DNA from: Candidatus Levyibacteriota bacterium
Lineage (GTDB): Bacteria; Patescibacteriota; Microgenomatia; Levybacterales; UBA12049
Length of the DNA: 59,883 bases
Direction: 5' to 3'
Assembly: GCA_016182205.1 (NCBI GenBank)
Contig: JACOXW010000013.1
Coordinates: forward strand, 1 to 59,883
The notes beneath the pieces were generated by a model, which worked only from the letters and a program-made list of their open reading frames with translations, did no database searches and was not told the origin of the DNA. The position numbers and the translations under genes were made by a program. Shown here one piece after another: positions 45,211-55,753 of this stretch. The stretch's first letter is position 1. The number at the start of each line of letters is the position of its first letter.

Positions 45211-46301
45211 ATTTCGTAATTACTTTCTTTTGTTAACTCCGTCAAAACTTTAAAAAAATTGCTCTTAAACTTTTCTTCAGAAAATTTTTTTGCTTGTTCC
45301 AAGCATGCATTTTTTGAAAACTGCATTTTTTGAAAACTCTTCAGTGCCTCTGCCAGTGAATTAACAGTCTGCTGCGTAAAAAAAACACCTGTTTTCCCCC
45401 GTACTATTGTTTCAAGCGCTCCACCGCCTTCAAAAGCAATGACAGGTTTTCCGCTCGCCTGTGCTTCAATTACACTCAGGCCTAAATCTTCATATCCTGG
45501 GAAAATAAGCGCAGTACAGCTCCTATAATAGCGTAGCACCTCCTTTTCAGTCAAGTTCCCAAGGAATTCTACTGTCTTTGAAGCCATATTTCTTAATTTC
45601 TTCTCCTCAGACCCTATACCGATAATCTTCAATGGCAAAGAAAGCATATTACAAGCTTTTATTGCCAAATCGATTCTTTTATAGGCAACCAGGCGTGATA
45701 CTACCAGAAAATAGTCGTTTGACCTATGCTCAGTACTTTTATCTTCCCAAGGAAGCGTAACACCCGGATAGACGCATATAGCATCACGCTCGTAATACTT
45801 TTTAATTCGCTTTTGTACTTCCTGTGAAATAGCGATATAGGCATCAGGTCTTTGTGCTGCTATATGATCCCATGTTTTCAAGTAGGAAACGGCAGGATGA
45901 GACAGGAAGCGAAAGACAGGATTAGAAAAATACTGATTATACCCGCTCCAAAGGTAGCGGGTAGGAGTAAGACAATAGCAAATATGTTTTGTGAAAGGGC
46001 TTGTAATAATCCCCTTTGCTGCTTCACTCGTAACACTGATAACAACGTCGTATTCGTCAAAGGAGAAACTTTCAAAGGCCAAAGGCATAAGAAGGGGATA
46101 CCATTCATGCGCTGAAGAAGCGTATGGAAGATTTTGTAAAAAAGATGTTTTGACATCAAAAACGCTTGCCCACGGCGCAGTTTTTGGATTATAGACTGCT
46201 GTATAGAGTGGCGCTTTAGGAAACAACTTATGGAGCGTAAGAAGTATTCGTTCTGCTCCTCCCCATTTATTTACTCTGTCATACACCAGCGCTACTTTCA
46301 T
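45207..46301 (-). CDS. glycosyltransferase family 4 (GT-B)
   Basis: E-x7-E region EDLGLSVIEAQASGKPVIAFEGGGALE. The start at Met17 gives an ATGA overlap with the upstream stop. Confidence 0.8.
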   Translation of the reverse strand: MKVALVYDRVNKWGGAERILLTLHKLFPKAPLYTAVYNPKTAPWASVFDVKTSFLQNLPYASSAHEWYPLLMPLAFESFSFDEYDVVISVTSEAAKGIITSPFTKHICYCLTPTRYLWSGYNQYFSNPVFRFLSHPAVSYLKTWDHIAAQRPDAYIAISQEVQKRIKKYYERDAICVYPGVTLPWEDKSTEHRSNDYFLVVSRLVAYKRIDLAIKACNMLSLPLKIIGIGSEEKKLRNMASKTVEFLGNLTEKEVLRYYRSCTALIFPGYEDLGLSVIEAQASGKPVIAFEGGGALETIVRGKTGVFFTQQTVNSLAEALKSFQKMQFSKNACLEQAKKFSEEKFKSNFFKVLTELTKESNYEI

Positions 46302-47410
46302 AAGCTCTTTTTGTAGACAGCAAGTGTTTCCATAACAGTTTTTTTCCAATCGTATTTTTCGGCTTGTTCGTATCCTTTTTCAACAAGTGATTTGAGCGTT
46401 ACTTTATTATCAAGTGTTTTTGTGACTGCTTCCGCGATATTGTCTGGGTCATACGGGTTAAAGAAAACTGCTGCTTCTTCGTAAACTTCATGAAAAACAG
46501 GAATATCAGAAACGATCACAGGACATCCAACGCTCATTGCCTCAAGTGGCGGTATACCAAAGCCTTCCATCTTTGAAGCGGTCACCAAAGCCTGGGCAAA
46601 GTGATACCATGCGGCGATATGAGTATTTGGTACCTCACCGATTACCACAACGAATTCCCCTGCTTTATGCTTTTTTATAAATTCTAAAAGTCGTGGGTAA
46701 AAAAATGCATCACTCCCTACTAAAACAAGCTTTAAAGCACGTTTTTGCCTGATTTTCTGCATTGCCAAAATCAAATTTTCCACATTTTTGTGCGGATGAG
46801 CATTCCCTACATAAAGAATATATGGCTGTAAATATCTCATCTTTTCAAATTCTTTTCCAGAGAAATCTTTTCTTTGATCTTCCAACTTTCCCGATTCATA
46901 CGTGACAGTAATTTTTGAAGGATTTATGTGATAATGATGCACAATCTCGCGCTTGGCGTCTTTTGAAAGCGTCAGAATCGTTTTTGCCCTTTTTGCTGCG
47001 GTCCAAAGCACCACATGGTATCCGATTTTTTTAAGAATGTAAAACCACGGCGAGAGTGTTGATGCTTTTCCTGTTTTATAATGGTCAAAGATTAAATCAT
47101 GAATGGTTACCACAAATTTTCCCGGATAAAAAATGGGGAAACTGAAATAGGGGAAATGCAATAAATCAAGTTTTTCTTTTGAAAAAATAAACGGTAGCTG
47201 TATCTGTTCCGCAATTGTATGCCATCTGACATTTGTCTCAATCTTCTTCCATTTAGGAGAAGGCATTTCCAAAGTTTCGAACTCTTTTTTTGAAAGAAAC
47301 CATATATATTCATTTTCTTTATCTAACTCTGGCAAATAATGATACAAACTTCGAATGTAGCGACCAACACCGGTCTCATTCCACAGCCTGCCGTCAATTC
47401 CAATTCGCAT
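46298..47410 (-). CDS. glycosyltransferase family 4 (GT-B)
   Basis: MEGFGIPPLEAMSVGCPVIVSD. Confidence 0.8.
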   Translation of the reverse strand: MRIGIDGRLWNETGVGRYIRSLYHYLPELDKENEYIWFLSKKEFETLEMPSPKWKKIETNVRWHTIAEQIQLPFIFSKEKLDLLHFPYFSFPIFYPGKFVVTIHDLIFDHYKTGKASTLSPWFYILKKIGYHVVLWTAAKRAKTILTLSKDAKREIVHHYHINPSKITVTYESGKLEDQRKDFSGKEFEKMRYLQPYILYVGNAHPHKNVENLILAMQKIRQKRALKLVLVGSDAFFYPRLLEFIKKHKAGEFVVVIGEVPNTHIAAWYHFAQALVTASKMEGFGIPPLEAMSVGCPVIVSDIPVFHEVYEEAAVFFNPYDPDNIAEAVTKTLDNKVTLKSLVEKGYEQAEKYDWKKTVMETLAVYKKSL

Positions 47411-47455
47411 AGGTGTAGTATAGCATGAAGATAATTGTTTGTTTATGAAAAGGCT

Positions 47456-47487
47456 GAAGATAGTTTAAAGCATATTACACTATCTTC
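47456..47487 (-). terminator. hairpin between GT2 and GT4 genes (possible terminator)
   Basis: 9-bp perfect stem GAAGATAGT / ACTATCTTC with a 14-nt loop. On the minus strand it is followed by AGCCTTTTC. Confidence 0.3.
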
Positions 47488-47499
47488 CGTTTAGTTTTA

Positions 47500-48393
47500 T
47501 TACAAACTTTTAAGTGTTAACCATCTCCTCAAATCAATTGCTCTCAAAACTAACCAAGTAATCACACGTGGATACTTATTCTCGTAGTGCTTCCTGTAAA
47601 AAATTCTCATCGCGTCAAAACGTGCGATTGTTACTCTTCGTTTTGTGTCTTTATCAGCAGTAGAAATGTGTTGTGAGTGTTTTTTTATTCCCCCGGATAC
47701 TCCTTTATAATGAAATACTCGCACACCGGGAACATAATATATTTTCCAGTTCTCAGCTTTTAGACGGTAACAAAAATCTATATCCTCCCCGTAGAAAAAA
47801 TAATCCTCATCCCACCATCCCACCTGTTCTCCTGCCTCCCTGCGTACCATCATGAAGGCTCCGGCCAGTGCGTCTATCTGATGGGTTTTATCCAAATCCA
47901 TCCACGTAAGATTATATCCTGAGAAAAGTTTTGTTTTGGTAAAAATTTTTGATAAGCCGGTAAAGTGTGCGAATGCATTCCAAGGAGTTGGAAATCCTCT
48001 GTGGGCCGCATCATCCAGTCCCCCGGAAACCAGCTCAACTTTACAGGTGGCTGCACCCGCGTCTTTTATTTCCTCCATAAATTTGACCATTGCGGAAAGA
48101 GTATTTTTTTCAACTATTGCGTCGGAATTCAAAAAAAGAATATATCTTCCTCTAGACTTTTGTATTCCTTTATTATTAGCAGTTGAAAAACCTACATTTT
48201 CTTTATTCTCAATTACAATAACATCCTTGAAGTGCTCGCGTACCATACCTAACGAATTATCAGAAGACGCATTATCTACTACAATTACCTCATATAAGAA
48301 GGTTTGCATATCGCTGGCATAGATTGCGTCCAAACACTTTTTTAGAAATTCTCTCGTGTTGTATGAGACGATGATAATTGATAAATCAGTCAT
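47500..48393 (-). CDS. glycosyltransferase family 2
   Basis: LSIIIVSYNT...VVDNASSD...LNSDA, the GT-A DxD region. Confidence 0.85.
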   Translation of the reverse strand: MTDLSIIIVSYNTREFLKKCLDAIYASDMQTFLYEVIVVDNASSDNSLGMVREHFKDVIVIENKENVGFSTANNKGIQKSRGRYILFLNSDAIVEKNTLSAMVKFMEEIKDAGAATCKVELVSGGLDDAAHRGFPTPWNAFAHFTGLSKIFTKTKLFSGYNLTWMDLDKTHQIDALAGAFMMVRREAGEQVGWWDEDYFFYGEDIDFCYRLKAENWKIYYVPGVRVFHYKGVSGGIKKHSQHISTADKDTKRRVTIARFDAMRIFYRKHYENKYPRVITWLVLRAIDLRRWLTLKSL

Positions 48394-49602
48394 TTATTTT
48401 AAAGACTTATAGACATTTTCGAGCCTCTCAACAATTTTGCCCCATTCAAAATTTTTTTCAATTAATTTCCTGGCATTTTCCCCTATTGTCCGGTATATTT
48501 TTGGGTCTTTTAAAAGACGGATAACATTTTGAGAAAGTATATTTGTATCATCACCGATTAGAACTTCTTTTCCGTCTTTTGCGCCTAGTCCTTCTACTCC
48601 AAGAACTGTTGTCACAACAGGCAAACCGCACGCCATTGCTTCAAGAATTTTATAACTTGTACCTCCGCCTACTCGAATAGGAGCCAGCAGCATATATGCA
48701 TTACTATAAATTTTTTCAGTTTCCTTAGGTGCATTCTCATCAAGAATAATTGAAGGATCATTTGATAAGAACTTGATTGAGTCAGGAATATGTTTACCTA
48801 CAATCCATAATTTCAAAGCTAATTTTGAATCTTGATCCGTTAGTTGGTTTGTAAATTTTGAATTTATCAACGGCCATATTTCGGTAATAATCCATGCGGC
48901 TGCATTTCTGTTTTGGATCCATTTGAAGTCACCTATAAATAAAATCTTTTTTTCTTTCTCAAGCGTTTTTGATTTCAAGTCATTCATTTTATACTTTTCT
49001 GTATCTACCCCGTTTGGAACAACCACCGCATCAGCACGTTTCATGGCAGTTTTTTCAACTTCTGAGACAGCTACAAGTCGATCTACTGTTTTCCAAAGCA
49101 TACTCTCATACCGCTTCATTTTCATAACATCAGCGTATAGAAACGGTCGTAAAACTGGCGAAGCACCATCGGCAAAACGTTTGTATACAAGATACTCGAT
49201 ATTATGTTCCACAAGAACAATCGGTACGGAAGTTTGTGGAATATTTTGTGCTACATAAAATGTCTCGACATGAATCAGATCAAATTTTTCTTTTTCTAAC
49301 AATCCACTAATAATTTCTTGCATTTCCCTGCTTTTATGCCCAACCACCAAAAACGGCTTACTGGAAATACCTGTTTTGGCAATATTTTCCAGCGACCATT
49401 GTGAACTCCGTGTTACAGTATATACAGACTTACAAATCTTTTTTACTTCGTTTATGTCATCTTCTGTCTGATGCTTTCGCATTTCTGCCACAAGTGTTAC
49501 CTGGTGATGTTTTGACAACCGCTTTATGATGTTATATAAGCGGATATTGCCACCTGAAAACAAAGGGAAAGGAAGATAGGATGAAACAATCAGTATATTC
49601 AT
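48394..49602 (-). CDS. glycosyltransferase family 4 (GT-B)
   Basis: GGGTSYKILEAMACGLPVVTT. Confidence 0.8.
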   Translation of the reverse strand: MNILIVSSYLPFPLFSGGNIRLYNIIKRLSKHHQVTLVAEMRKHQTEDDINEVKKICKSVYTVTRSSQWSLENIAKTGISSKPFLVVGHKSREMQEIISGLLEKEKFDLIHVETFYVAQNIPQTSVPIVLVEHNIEYLVYKRFADGASPVLRPFLYADVMKMKRYESMLWKTVDRLVAVSEVEKTAMKRADAVVVPNGVDTEKYKMNDLKSKTLEKEKKILFIGDFKWIQNRNAAAWIITEIWPLINSKFTNQLTDQDSKLALKLWIVGKHIPDSIKFLSNDPSIILDENAPKETEKIYSNAYMLLAPIRVGGGTSYKILEAMACGLPVVTTVLGVEGLGAKDGKEVLIGDDTNILSQNVIRLLKDPKIYRTIGENARKLIEKNFEWGKIVERLENVYKSLK

Positions 49603-51047
49603 GGTTGGCCTTTTAAATCAACCAGTATATATTCATCTGTTTTTGAAACCAGTTTGTATTTTTTCTCTAAGTCATAATCTTGAGGTTTGGGATGTACAAT
49701 AATCAAGTATTCAGCCCCCAGTTTTATCATGTCGGGAAGGTCTTTTTCAAACGAAGCCCATCCTTGTCTTTTGGTCTGGTAGAGAAATGCTGTATTTCCA
49801 TCATAAAGCGCCATTACTTTCGCATTTTTTGGCGTGAGCATATCCACAGCCTTTCCTGCCTTTATTATCACCCTGTCATTTATATTAAAGTAGTCTTTTA
49901 CTTGCTGCCAGCTTAGATAGAACATACTGGCCGTAATAAGAACAAAAAATATTTTTCCAACCGTTACTCCTAAAAACTTTTTTCTCTCCTCCCACAAAAA
50001 ATATGCACCGATACCCATGAAAATGCTAATAGACGGCATTATCAAAATTTGATAATAGTCATGTTGAACGTTGCCAGTTGCAAAAACAGTAACGTAGAGC
50101 AAAGAAGCCAGAGGGAATGAAAGAAAAAATAACGGGTCCTTTAATTTTTTTACCTTCAGTAATCCAAGCAGCAAAAATAATACCCCTGTATAACCCGCAA
50201 TCAGTTTTGTAACCCGTTCATATAAAATCCAGCGAAAAAATGCCGGACGAAACCGTATGCCATTTCCGTTCATCAACCAATCGTTTGCCGGAATTCCTTC
50301 GGGAAAATAAGTCATCCACCATCGCCATAATAAAAGAGGCATAAGAACACATGCTGCAAATAGCCATAACTGCCATTTTTTCAATGCTTTAAAACCAAAT
50401 GACTTATACGCAATGTAAAATTGCGGCATGGTAAAAAACACAGCATACGGTTTCAAAAGAAGCGCGCAAGCGGTAAAAAAAATAGAGAGAAAAAAATACG
50501 GATAAGAAAAGAAATTATCGCTGCGCTCAAGTTGCAACGCTTTATCAAAAAAGTAAATACCTCCCAAACTTGCTGCAACCATGGTGGTGTCCGGGAGAAC
50601 TGTTCTTCCATAATAGATATCATACGGAAGGAGTGCGTAAAAAAATGCCGACAGTAAACCAAGTTTAGTGTTGCTGTGTTTTTTAACCAGAAGAAAAAGA
50701 AACAAAGTCCCAACTAGTGATGAGAAAATACTTACCAGTCTTCCCCACTGCTCAAGTGTAAAGACACCGACTAGCTGAAAAAATCCTGCTTGAAGTAAGT
50801 TATAAACCGGAAATTCTACAAACCGGTAGCCATGGGGATTATCCTTTCCTGAGGGAACATTTGAAAGGTCATCAAACCTAGGATGAAAAACATCATACCC
50901 TTTTTGTACAAAGTTTCTCGATACGGCTGAAGTATCCCCCTGCCGCCACGAATGCCAATCACCAAGAGGATTATCAAATCTATACAAACGAGTAAAAAGA
51001 GCACTAAAAAGAATAACTGCTAATAAAAACCATTCTATTCTTTTCAT
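49599..51047 (-). CDS. GT-C fold membrane glycosyltransferase (ArnT/PMT, GT39/83-like)
   Basis: Polytopic. N-terminal loop DWHSWRQGDTSAVSRNF is typical of ArnT/PMT-like enzymes. Soluble C-terminal domain. Confidence 0.6.
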   Translation of the reverse strand: MKRIEWFLLAVILFSALFTRLYRFDNPLGDWHSWRQGDTSAVSRNFVQKGYDVFHPRFDDLSNVPSGKDNPHGYRFVEFPVYNLLQAGFFQLVGVFTLEQWGRLVSIFSSLVGTLFLFLLVKKHSNTKLGLLSAFFYALLPYDIYYGRTVLPDTTMVAASLGGIYFFDKALQLERSDNFFSYPYFFLSIFFTACALLLKPYAVFFTMPQFYIAYKSFGFKALKKWQLWLFAACVLMPLLLWRWWMTYFPEGIPANDWLMNGNGIRFRPAFFRWILYERVTKLIAGYTGVLFLLLGLLKVKKLKDPLFFLSFPLASLLYVTVFATGNVQHDYYQILIMPSISIFMGIGAYFLWEERKKFLGVTVGKIFFVLITASMFYLSWQQVKDYFNINDRVIIKAGKAVDMLTPKNAKVMALYDGNTAFLYQTKRQGWASFEKDLPDMIKLGAEYLIIVHPKPQDYDLEKKYKLVSKTDEYILVDLKGQP

Positions 51048-54000
51048 GGAATTTCTATTTTTTTTCTATGTTCAATAACCCGTCCATTATCCATGAACTC
51101 AAATACCCTCTCGTTCTTATATCCTGCTATTTGATCCAATGCCTCCTTAACCGAACTTGCTTTATAAACAGAAATGTTGGGATTACGGGAGCTAAACCAA
51201 AGCGCATCAGATAAGCCAACAGGGAATACCCAAGCATCTCCTACACGAAGCGGTGTGTTCACGAAATAATATTTCATCGGCTCTGTTGCCCAATAATCTT
51301 CGTACGCTTCGTCAATTCCGGCAAGGAATTGCTCGGATTTTTCTCCTGCCGCCTTCCAGTCTCCATGAGCTTGTTCTATCTGGATAAGATGCAGTAAGAA
51401 AAAGGATGATAATAACAATACTACTACCAATAAAGCTATTTCTCTCCCTTGTGTTAATAAGTAACGATATAAAACTCTTATGAAAAATATAAAAAGGAAA
51501 ACAACGCCAATTGAAGAGAGGTAACCGTATCGAGACGAAATATTTCCTAATCCAAGAAACGGAAGTAATCCGATGATGAAAAATGCAAAACCAAAAAGTA
51601 CTATTTTCCGCTCATTCTCATCCACTTCCAAAAGACGTGCATATATTCTTTTTCTGAATCCATAAATCAATGATAAAATACTTATAAGAAGAACAACTGC
51701 GACAAATACAAATTCTGCGTGACTCCTTGAAAAATTCCTTGTAGTTTGGTAGAAAGGCATAGAAAGCGGTCCGAAAAGTGCTAAGAAGAAATATCCGATT
51801 GCATTCCCTACGACATTAAATGGTAGTTTTAGCAGATTATAGCTATAATCGCCGCTTAACCAATGACTTCCTGAAGTAAATCTCAGAAGTAAGTATATAG
51901 CAATTGGTGTAAAAAGCAGTGTGTAGTATTTTTTTTGCAAAACACTAAAACTTATGTACTCTTTCTTAATCCACATGTACGCGATAATTAATGCCGGAGT
52001 AACGATTCCAAGTTCATGGAACAGTAAGCCAAGAGCAAGGGAAGAGATAGAAACGATCAGGAAAATGTTTTGTCTTTTTTCCTCCCATTGTATAAAGGAT
52101 AGTAAGCTTAAAAGACTAAAAAGCGCCGTAAAGAGATATCCTGTTGAAGAAATCCAAAAGATAGCCTCTGAATAACCGCTTAATACCAAAAATAAAAAGC
52201 TTGCCAAGATGGCAAAGACAAAATCTTTAAGAATTTTTCTCGCAAGCAAAAAAACCAGTGAAGCAACTATTGCATGGAGCAGAATAGAAACTGCATGATA
52301 TATTACCTGGTTTAGCCATATTAAAGAATACATCGATAAAAAATATATCTTCGTTCCGGGTCTATAGAAAAATCCGTTTGAATCCGTAAAGTATCCTAGA
52401 ATTCGTGAAAGAGGTGAAGGACATTGCATCGAGTTGTCAGCAAGTCTGGTACATTCAGATATCCACCTAAACCATGTGAAATCGTCTCCGACAAAAAAAT
52501 TATTTATCATAGGCGAATATACAAGAATTGCTGCGACGCAGATGTATAAAACGACAGCATAAGGCGAGGTAACAACTTTTTTTAGCTCCTTTCTCATGTC
52601 TATATTTTTTTCTTGATAGAACTTAAGAACACCCAGTGTTACGCCAGTAAGAAGCCATAAAACAAATGCTACTTTTGAAGCTTCAAATACATCTATCAAA
52701 ACAGCGTTCAGAGAAAGTCCGATAACTCCTGCAACGTAGCCGAATACAAAACTCTTCACCAACGGTGAATTAACTTGTGGCAATGCTTTTTTTATGTATA
52801 TGCCCGTTATTAAAAATATCGAGAAAAATGCAATTGCTCCTAGTATCCCAACCTCTCCTAACATGCGAAAATAATTGTTATCGATGGCCAGACTTATCGA
52901 GCCGTAACCACTTCCTAAAAAAACATTTCTCATAAAGGCTTCTATCGCATGTGGCCACTCTCCCTGAAATCTTGTGGTAAAAGAAAGATCATATGCCGCA
53001 GCTCTTTTTATCAAAAAACTCCCGTGAACGATAATAACATCAGCTGACTTTGTAGCCTCTGACTTCCCTTTAGTTTCAAAAAAATACTCCCCAACCTTAT
53101 GTGTAACAGGAGAAAGAGAAAGATTTATATAACCTGTGCCTTGCGGAAGATTTTCCCCCGTAGGAGCATTTACTTCATCAAGCAGAGTTACCTTCCTCTT
53201 TAATACAGAGTAGTCAACTATTCCTGAAACAGTGGCTGTAGTTCCCGGATATGCAGGTGGCGGCAACTCTTGGGCAGTACCATTTGCAACTGCATTTCTA
53301 TAATTTAGATAGTAGTCATGAACAATTAATTTTCCTTTGAAGTATTCCGGTTCTACCGTCTTTGCATGTCCGATTGTTTCTCCTGTTTTTGCATTTACCA
53401 GTACGTCAACTTCTTTAACCGTATTTCCGAATCGATCTTTTAACGCCGGCGTGAAACTCAATATAAAAAACGCTGCAATTGCTATAACAGGAAGCGATAC
53501 AACTAACAATTTCTTTTTTTGAAAAAATAATACTACTCCCAACGCAATAAAAAGAACAAAAAAAGAACTTCTAGATACAGTCATAAATAAAAGCGCAAAA
53601 CCTGCCAGGGCACAGAAGGCTAAAAATAATCTTACAAACAGATTTTTTATTCCCAATGCCACACTGACCATGATCGGAATGATAAGAACCAGATATGCGG
53701 CTAAATCATAATGCCCTGCAAAGGTAGACGGAAGACGGGATAACTGCGACAGATGTATAGGCTGACCTTTTGCAAACTCTTCGTTCATAGTAAGATACGC
53801 GGGAAAACCCAAATACCGCTGCCCGACCCCGTATCCGACAACCAAAAGAAGCGTTATGGCAAGTGTTGCTATAACGTAGCTCAGAAAGCGTTTATCTCTC
53901 ATGCCCGAAAACGCGATAAAAAATACACTAAGATACTCTATCCTTCGCAGGAAACTCAAAAGTGATACATTCGGAAAAACATTTGCCAGCATTGGAAAAA

Positions 54001-54274
54001 TAATAAGTACTCCATGAATTGTCGCAAGTGCCCCGATTATCCAGAAAATAAGTATTGGCAGTGTAAGCGGAGTTTTTAAGGAAATTTTTTTACGAACCAG
54101 AAGAATCATCCATATTGAAAGAACAAAAACCACAATAAAATCTTCGGCTCTTATATATACCCACGTATTTCTTATATCAACAAGTGGAAGTTTGGGATAG
54201 AGTGGTATAAACGCGAGCAAAAAAAGCGTTATAAGAAACAGGATGTTGTCTTGGACCCACCGAATAATCTTCAT
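51044..54274 (-). CDS. 1076-aa polytopic protein: O-antigen-ligase (Wzy_C)-like N-terminal half plus second polytopic C-terminal half
   Basis: The Wzy_C-like helix cluster and large external loop lie in residues ~1-560. Residues ~560-950 hold another ~10 helices (FVGDDFTWFRW...), followed by a soluble tail. Confidence 0.55.
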   Translation of the reverse strand: MKIIRWVQDNILFLITLFLLAFIPLYPKLPLVDIRNTWVYIRAEDFIVVFVLSIWMILLVRKKISLKTPLTLPILIFWIIGALATIHGVLIIFPMLANVFPNVSLLSFLRRIEYLSVFFIAFSGMRDKRFLSYVIATLAITLLLVVGYGVGQRYLGFPAYLTMNEEFAKGQPIHLSQLSRLPSTFAGHYDLAAYLVLIIPIMVSVALGIKNLFVRLFLAFCALAGFALLFMTVSRSSFFVLFIALGVVLFFQKKKLLVVSLPVIAIAAFFILSFTPALKDRFGNTVKEVDVLVNAKTGETIGHAKTVEPEYFKGKLIVHDYYLNYRNAVANGTAQELPPPAYPGTTATVSGIVDYSVLKRKVTLLDEVNAPTGENLPQGTGYINLSLSPVTHKVGEYFFETKGKSEATKSADVIIVHGSFLIKRAAAYDLSFTTRFQGEWPHAIEAFMRNVFLGSGYGSISLAIDNNYFRMLGEVGILGAIAFFSIFLITGIYIKKALPQVNSPLVKSFVFGYVAGVIGLSLNAVLIDVFEASKVAFVLWLLTGVTLGVLKFYQEKNIDMRKELKKVVTSPYAVVLYICVAAILVYSPMINNFFVGDDFTWFRWISECTRLADNSMQCPSPLSRILGYFTDSNGFFYRPGTKIYFLSMYSLIWLNQVIYHAVSILLHAIVASLVFLLARKILKDFVFAILASFLFLVLSGYSEAIFWISSTGYLFTALFSLLSLLSFIQWEEKRQNIFLIVSISSLALGLLFHELGIVTPALIIAYMWIKKEYISFSVLQKKYYTLLFTPIAIYLLLRFTSGSHWLSGDYSYNLLKLPFNVVGNAIGYFFLALFGPLSMPFYQTTRNFSRSHAEFVFVAVVLLISILSLIYGFRKRIYARLLEVDENERKIVLFGFAFFIIGLLPFLGLGNISSRYGYLSSIGVVFLFIFFIRVLYRYLLTQGREIALLVVVLLLSSFFLLHLIQIEQAHGDWKAAGEKSEQFLAGIDEAYEDYWATEPMKYYFVNTPLRVGDAWVFPVGLSDALWFSSRNPNISVYKASSVKEALDQIAGYKNERVFEFMDNGRVIEHRKKIEIP

Positions 54275-55152
54275 ATAATTACTTTTAAAGTCTTTGTATA
54301 TGTTTTCCTAAGGTATTCATTATGTAAAAGAAAGCCCGTAAAGATGGCTGCCACACATCTAAATACTAATATTGATTTTACCATGAGGTATACGGGATAG
54401 ATATAATGCTTCCTAAAATAATATAGCAGATTTTTAAATATCATCATAATCGCATATGATCTGTTTGAACTGCCTTGCTTTTGATGCTGTACAAGTAAAT
54501 CTGGGAAAAAGTAAGCACTGTAACCATTTTTTTTCATTCGCAGACAAAGATCCATATCTTCTATATACATAAAGAAATGCTCATCAAATCCACCAGTATT
54601 TTCAAATATGTCTTTTTTGACAAGCATCGCAGCGCCAGGTCCCCAATCCACAAGTCGTGCAGTTGACGGCGTATAGTGAGTATCCAAAACGCCCAAAAAA
54701 AGCGAGAAAAAAACAGAGATCGGAGAATAGAATCTCCCTACCGAACCCTCGCTCACATTTCCCTGTACGTCTACAAGTTTCCCCAGAACTACCGCAACAG
54801 TCTTTTCTTTTTTCAAAAAATCCAAAGCTGCTTCTAGACCGTCCGTGAGCATTTTTGTATCTGAGTTAAGAAATAGAATATAGGGCGCCTGCGCTTTCTT
54901 AACACCCTTATTATTGCCTTTTGCAAAACCTAAATTTTCTTTGTTTACAATAACAGTAAATGTTTTAAATGGAAATTTTTTCTGTTTCAGTTTTTCTACA
55001 GTATTATCCAAAGAATTGTTATCAACAACAATAATCTCAAATTCTCCTGTTGCTAATTGCTCTTTAAAAAGCGCGGAAAGAGAACTAAGGCATTGTATAA
55101 CCAATTCCGCAGTGTTGTAAGAAAGAATAATAATAGATAGCCTTGCGGTCAT
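54271..55152 (-). CDS. glycosyltransferase family 2
   Basis: LSIIILSYNT...VVDNNSLD...LNSDT. Confidence 0.85.
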   Translation of the reverse strand: MTARLSIIILSYNTAELVIQCLSSLSALFKEQLATGEFEIIVVDNNSLDNTVEKLKQKKFPFKTFTVIVNKENLGFAKGNNKGVKKAQAPYILFLNSDTKMLTDGLEAALDFLKKEKTVAVVLGKLVDVQGNVSEGSVGRFYSPISVFFSLFLGVLDTHYTPSTARLVDWGPGAAMLVKKDIFENTGGFDEHFFMYIEDMDLCLRMKKNGYSAYFFPDLLVQHQKQGSSNRSYAIMMIFKNLLYYFRKHYIYPVYLMVKSILVFRCVAAIFTGFLLHNEYLRKTYTKTLKVII

Positions 55153-55158
55153 AATCAG

Positions 55159-55725
55159 TTATCGAAACCAGCGTGCGCGGCCCAGTATATAATGGAGGTC
55201 TTTTTGTTTTCTTTCCCCTATCGGTCTTGCGGGGACACCCCCGACTATTTCATACGCACCTACATCTTTCGTAACGACGGCTCCTGCCCCGATAACAGCA
55301 CCTTTACCGATACTTACTCCTGGAAGAATTATAGCTCTTGGACCTATAAAGACATAGTCTCCTATGGTTACGGAGGCAGTGATTATTCCTTCCTCTGAAG
55401 CAAAATGTTCTGCGTGTACATTGTGCTCAGAGTTATAAATCATCACCTCGGATGCAATATCAACATGGTTTCCGATAAAAAGATTTGCGCGTCCGTCTAA
55501 AAATGCTCCTTCACCGATGATAGAATCATCTCCGATCCTTATTCTGAATGGTTCAAAAAATTTTGCTCCCATATGAACAGCAGACCCCTTACCAATTTTC
55601 ATTCCTGCCCCTCTGTAAAAAAATCGTCTAATATGATGTGAAGGAATCTGTCCAACCAGATGTAGGATATAAACAACCAATTCCAGAATTATGCTTCCCG
55701 CTCTTTTTTCAACTTTTTGGGCCAC
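55159..55725 (-). CDS. hexapeptide-repeat (LbH) O-acetyltransferase
   Basis: Tandem [LIV]-G-x4 repeats, including IGDYVFIGPRAIILPGVSIGKGAVIGAGAVV. Confidence 0.85.
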   Translation of the reverse strand: MAQKVEKRAGSIILELVVYILHLVGQIPSHHIRRFFYRGAGMKIGKGSAVHMGAKFFEPFRIRIGDDSIIGEGAFLDGRANLFIGNHVDIASEVMIYNSEHNVHAEHFASEEGIITASVTIGDYVFIGPRAIILPGVSIGKGAVIGAGAVVTKDVGAYEIVGGVPARPIGERKQKDLHYILGRARWFR

Positions 55726-55753
55726 TTCAACACCGGATAATTCTTTACCCGTT

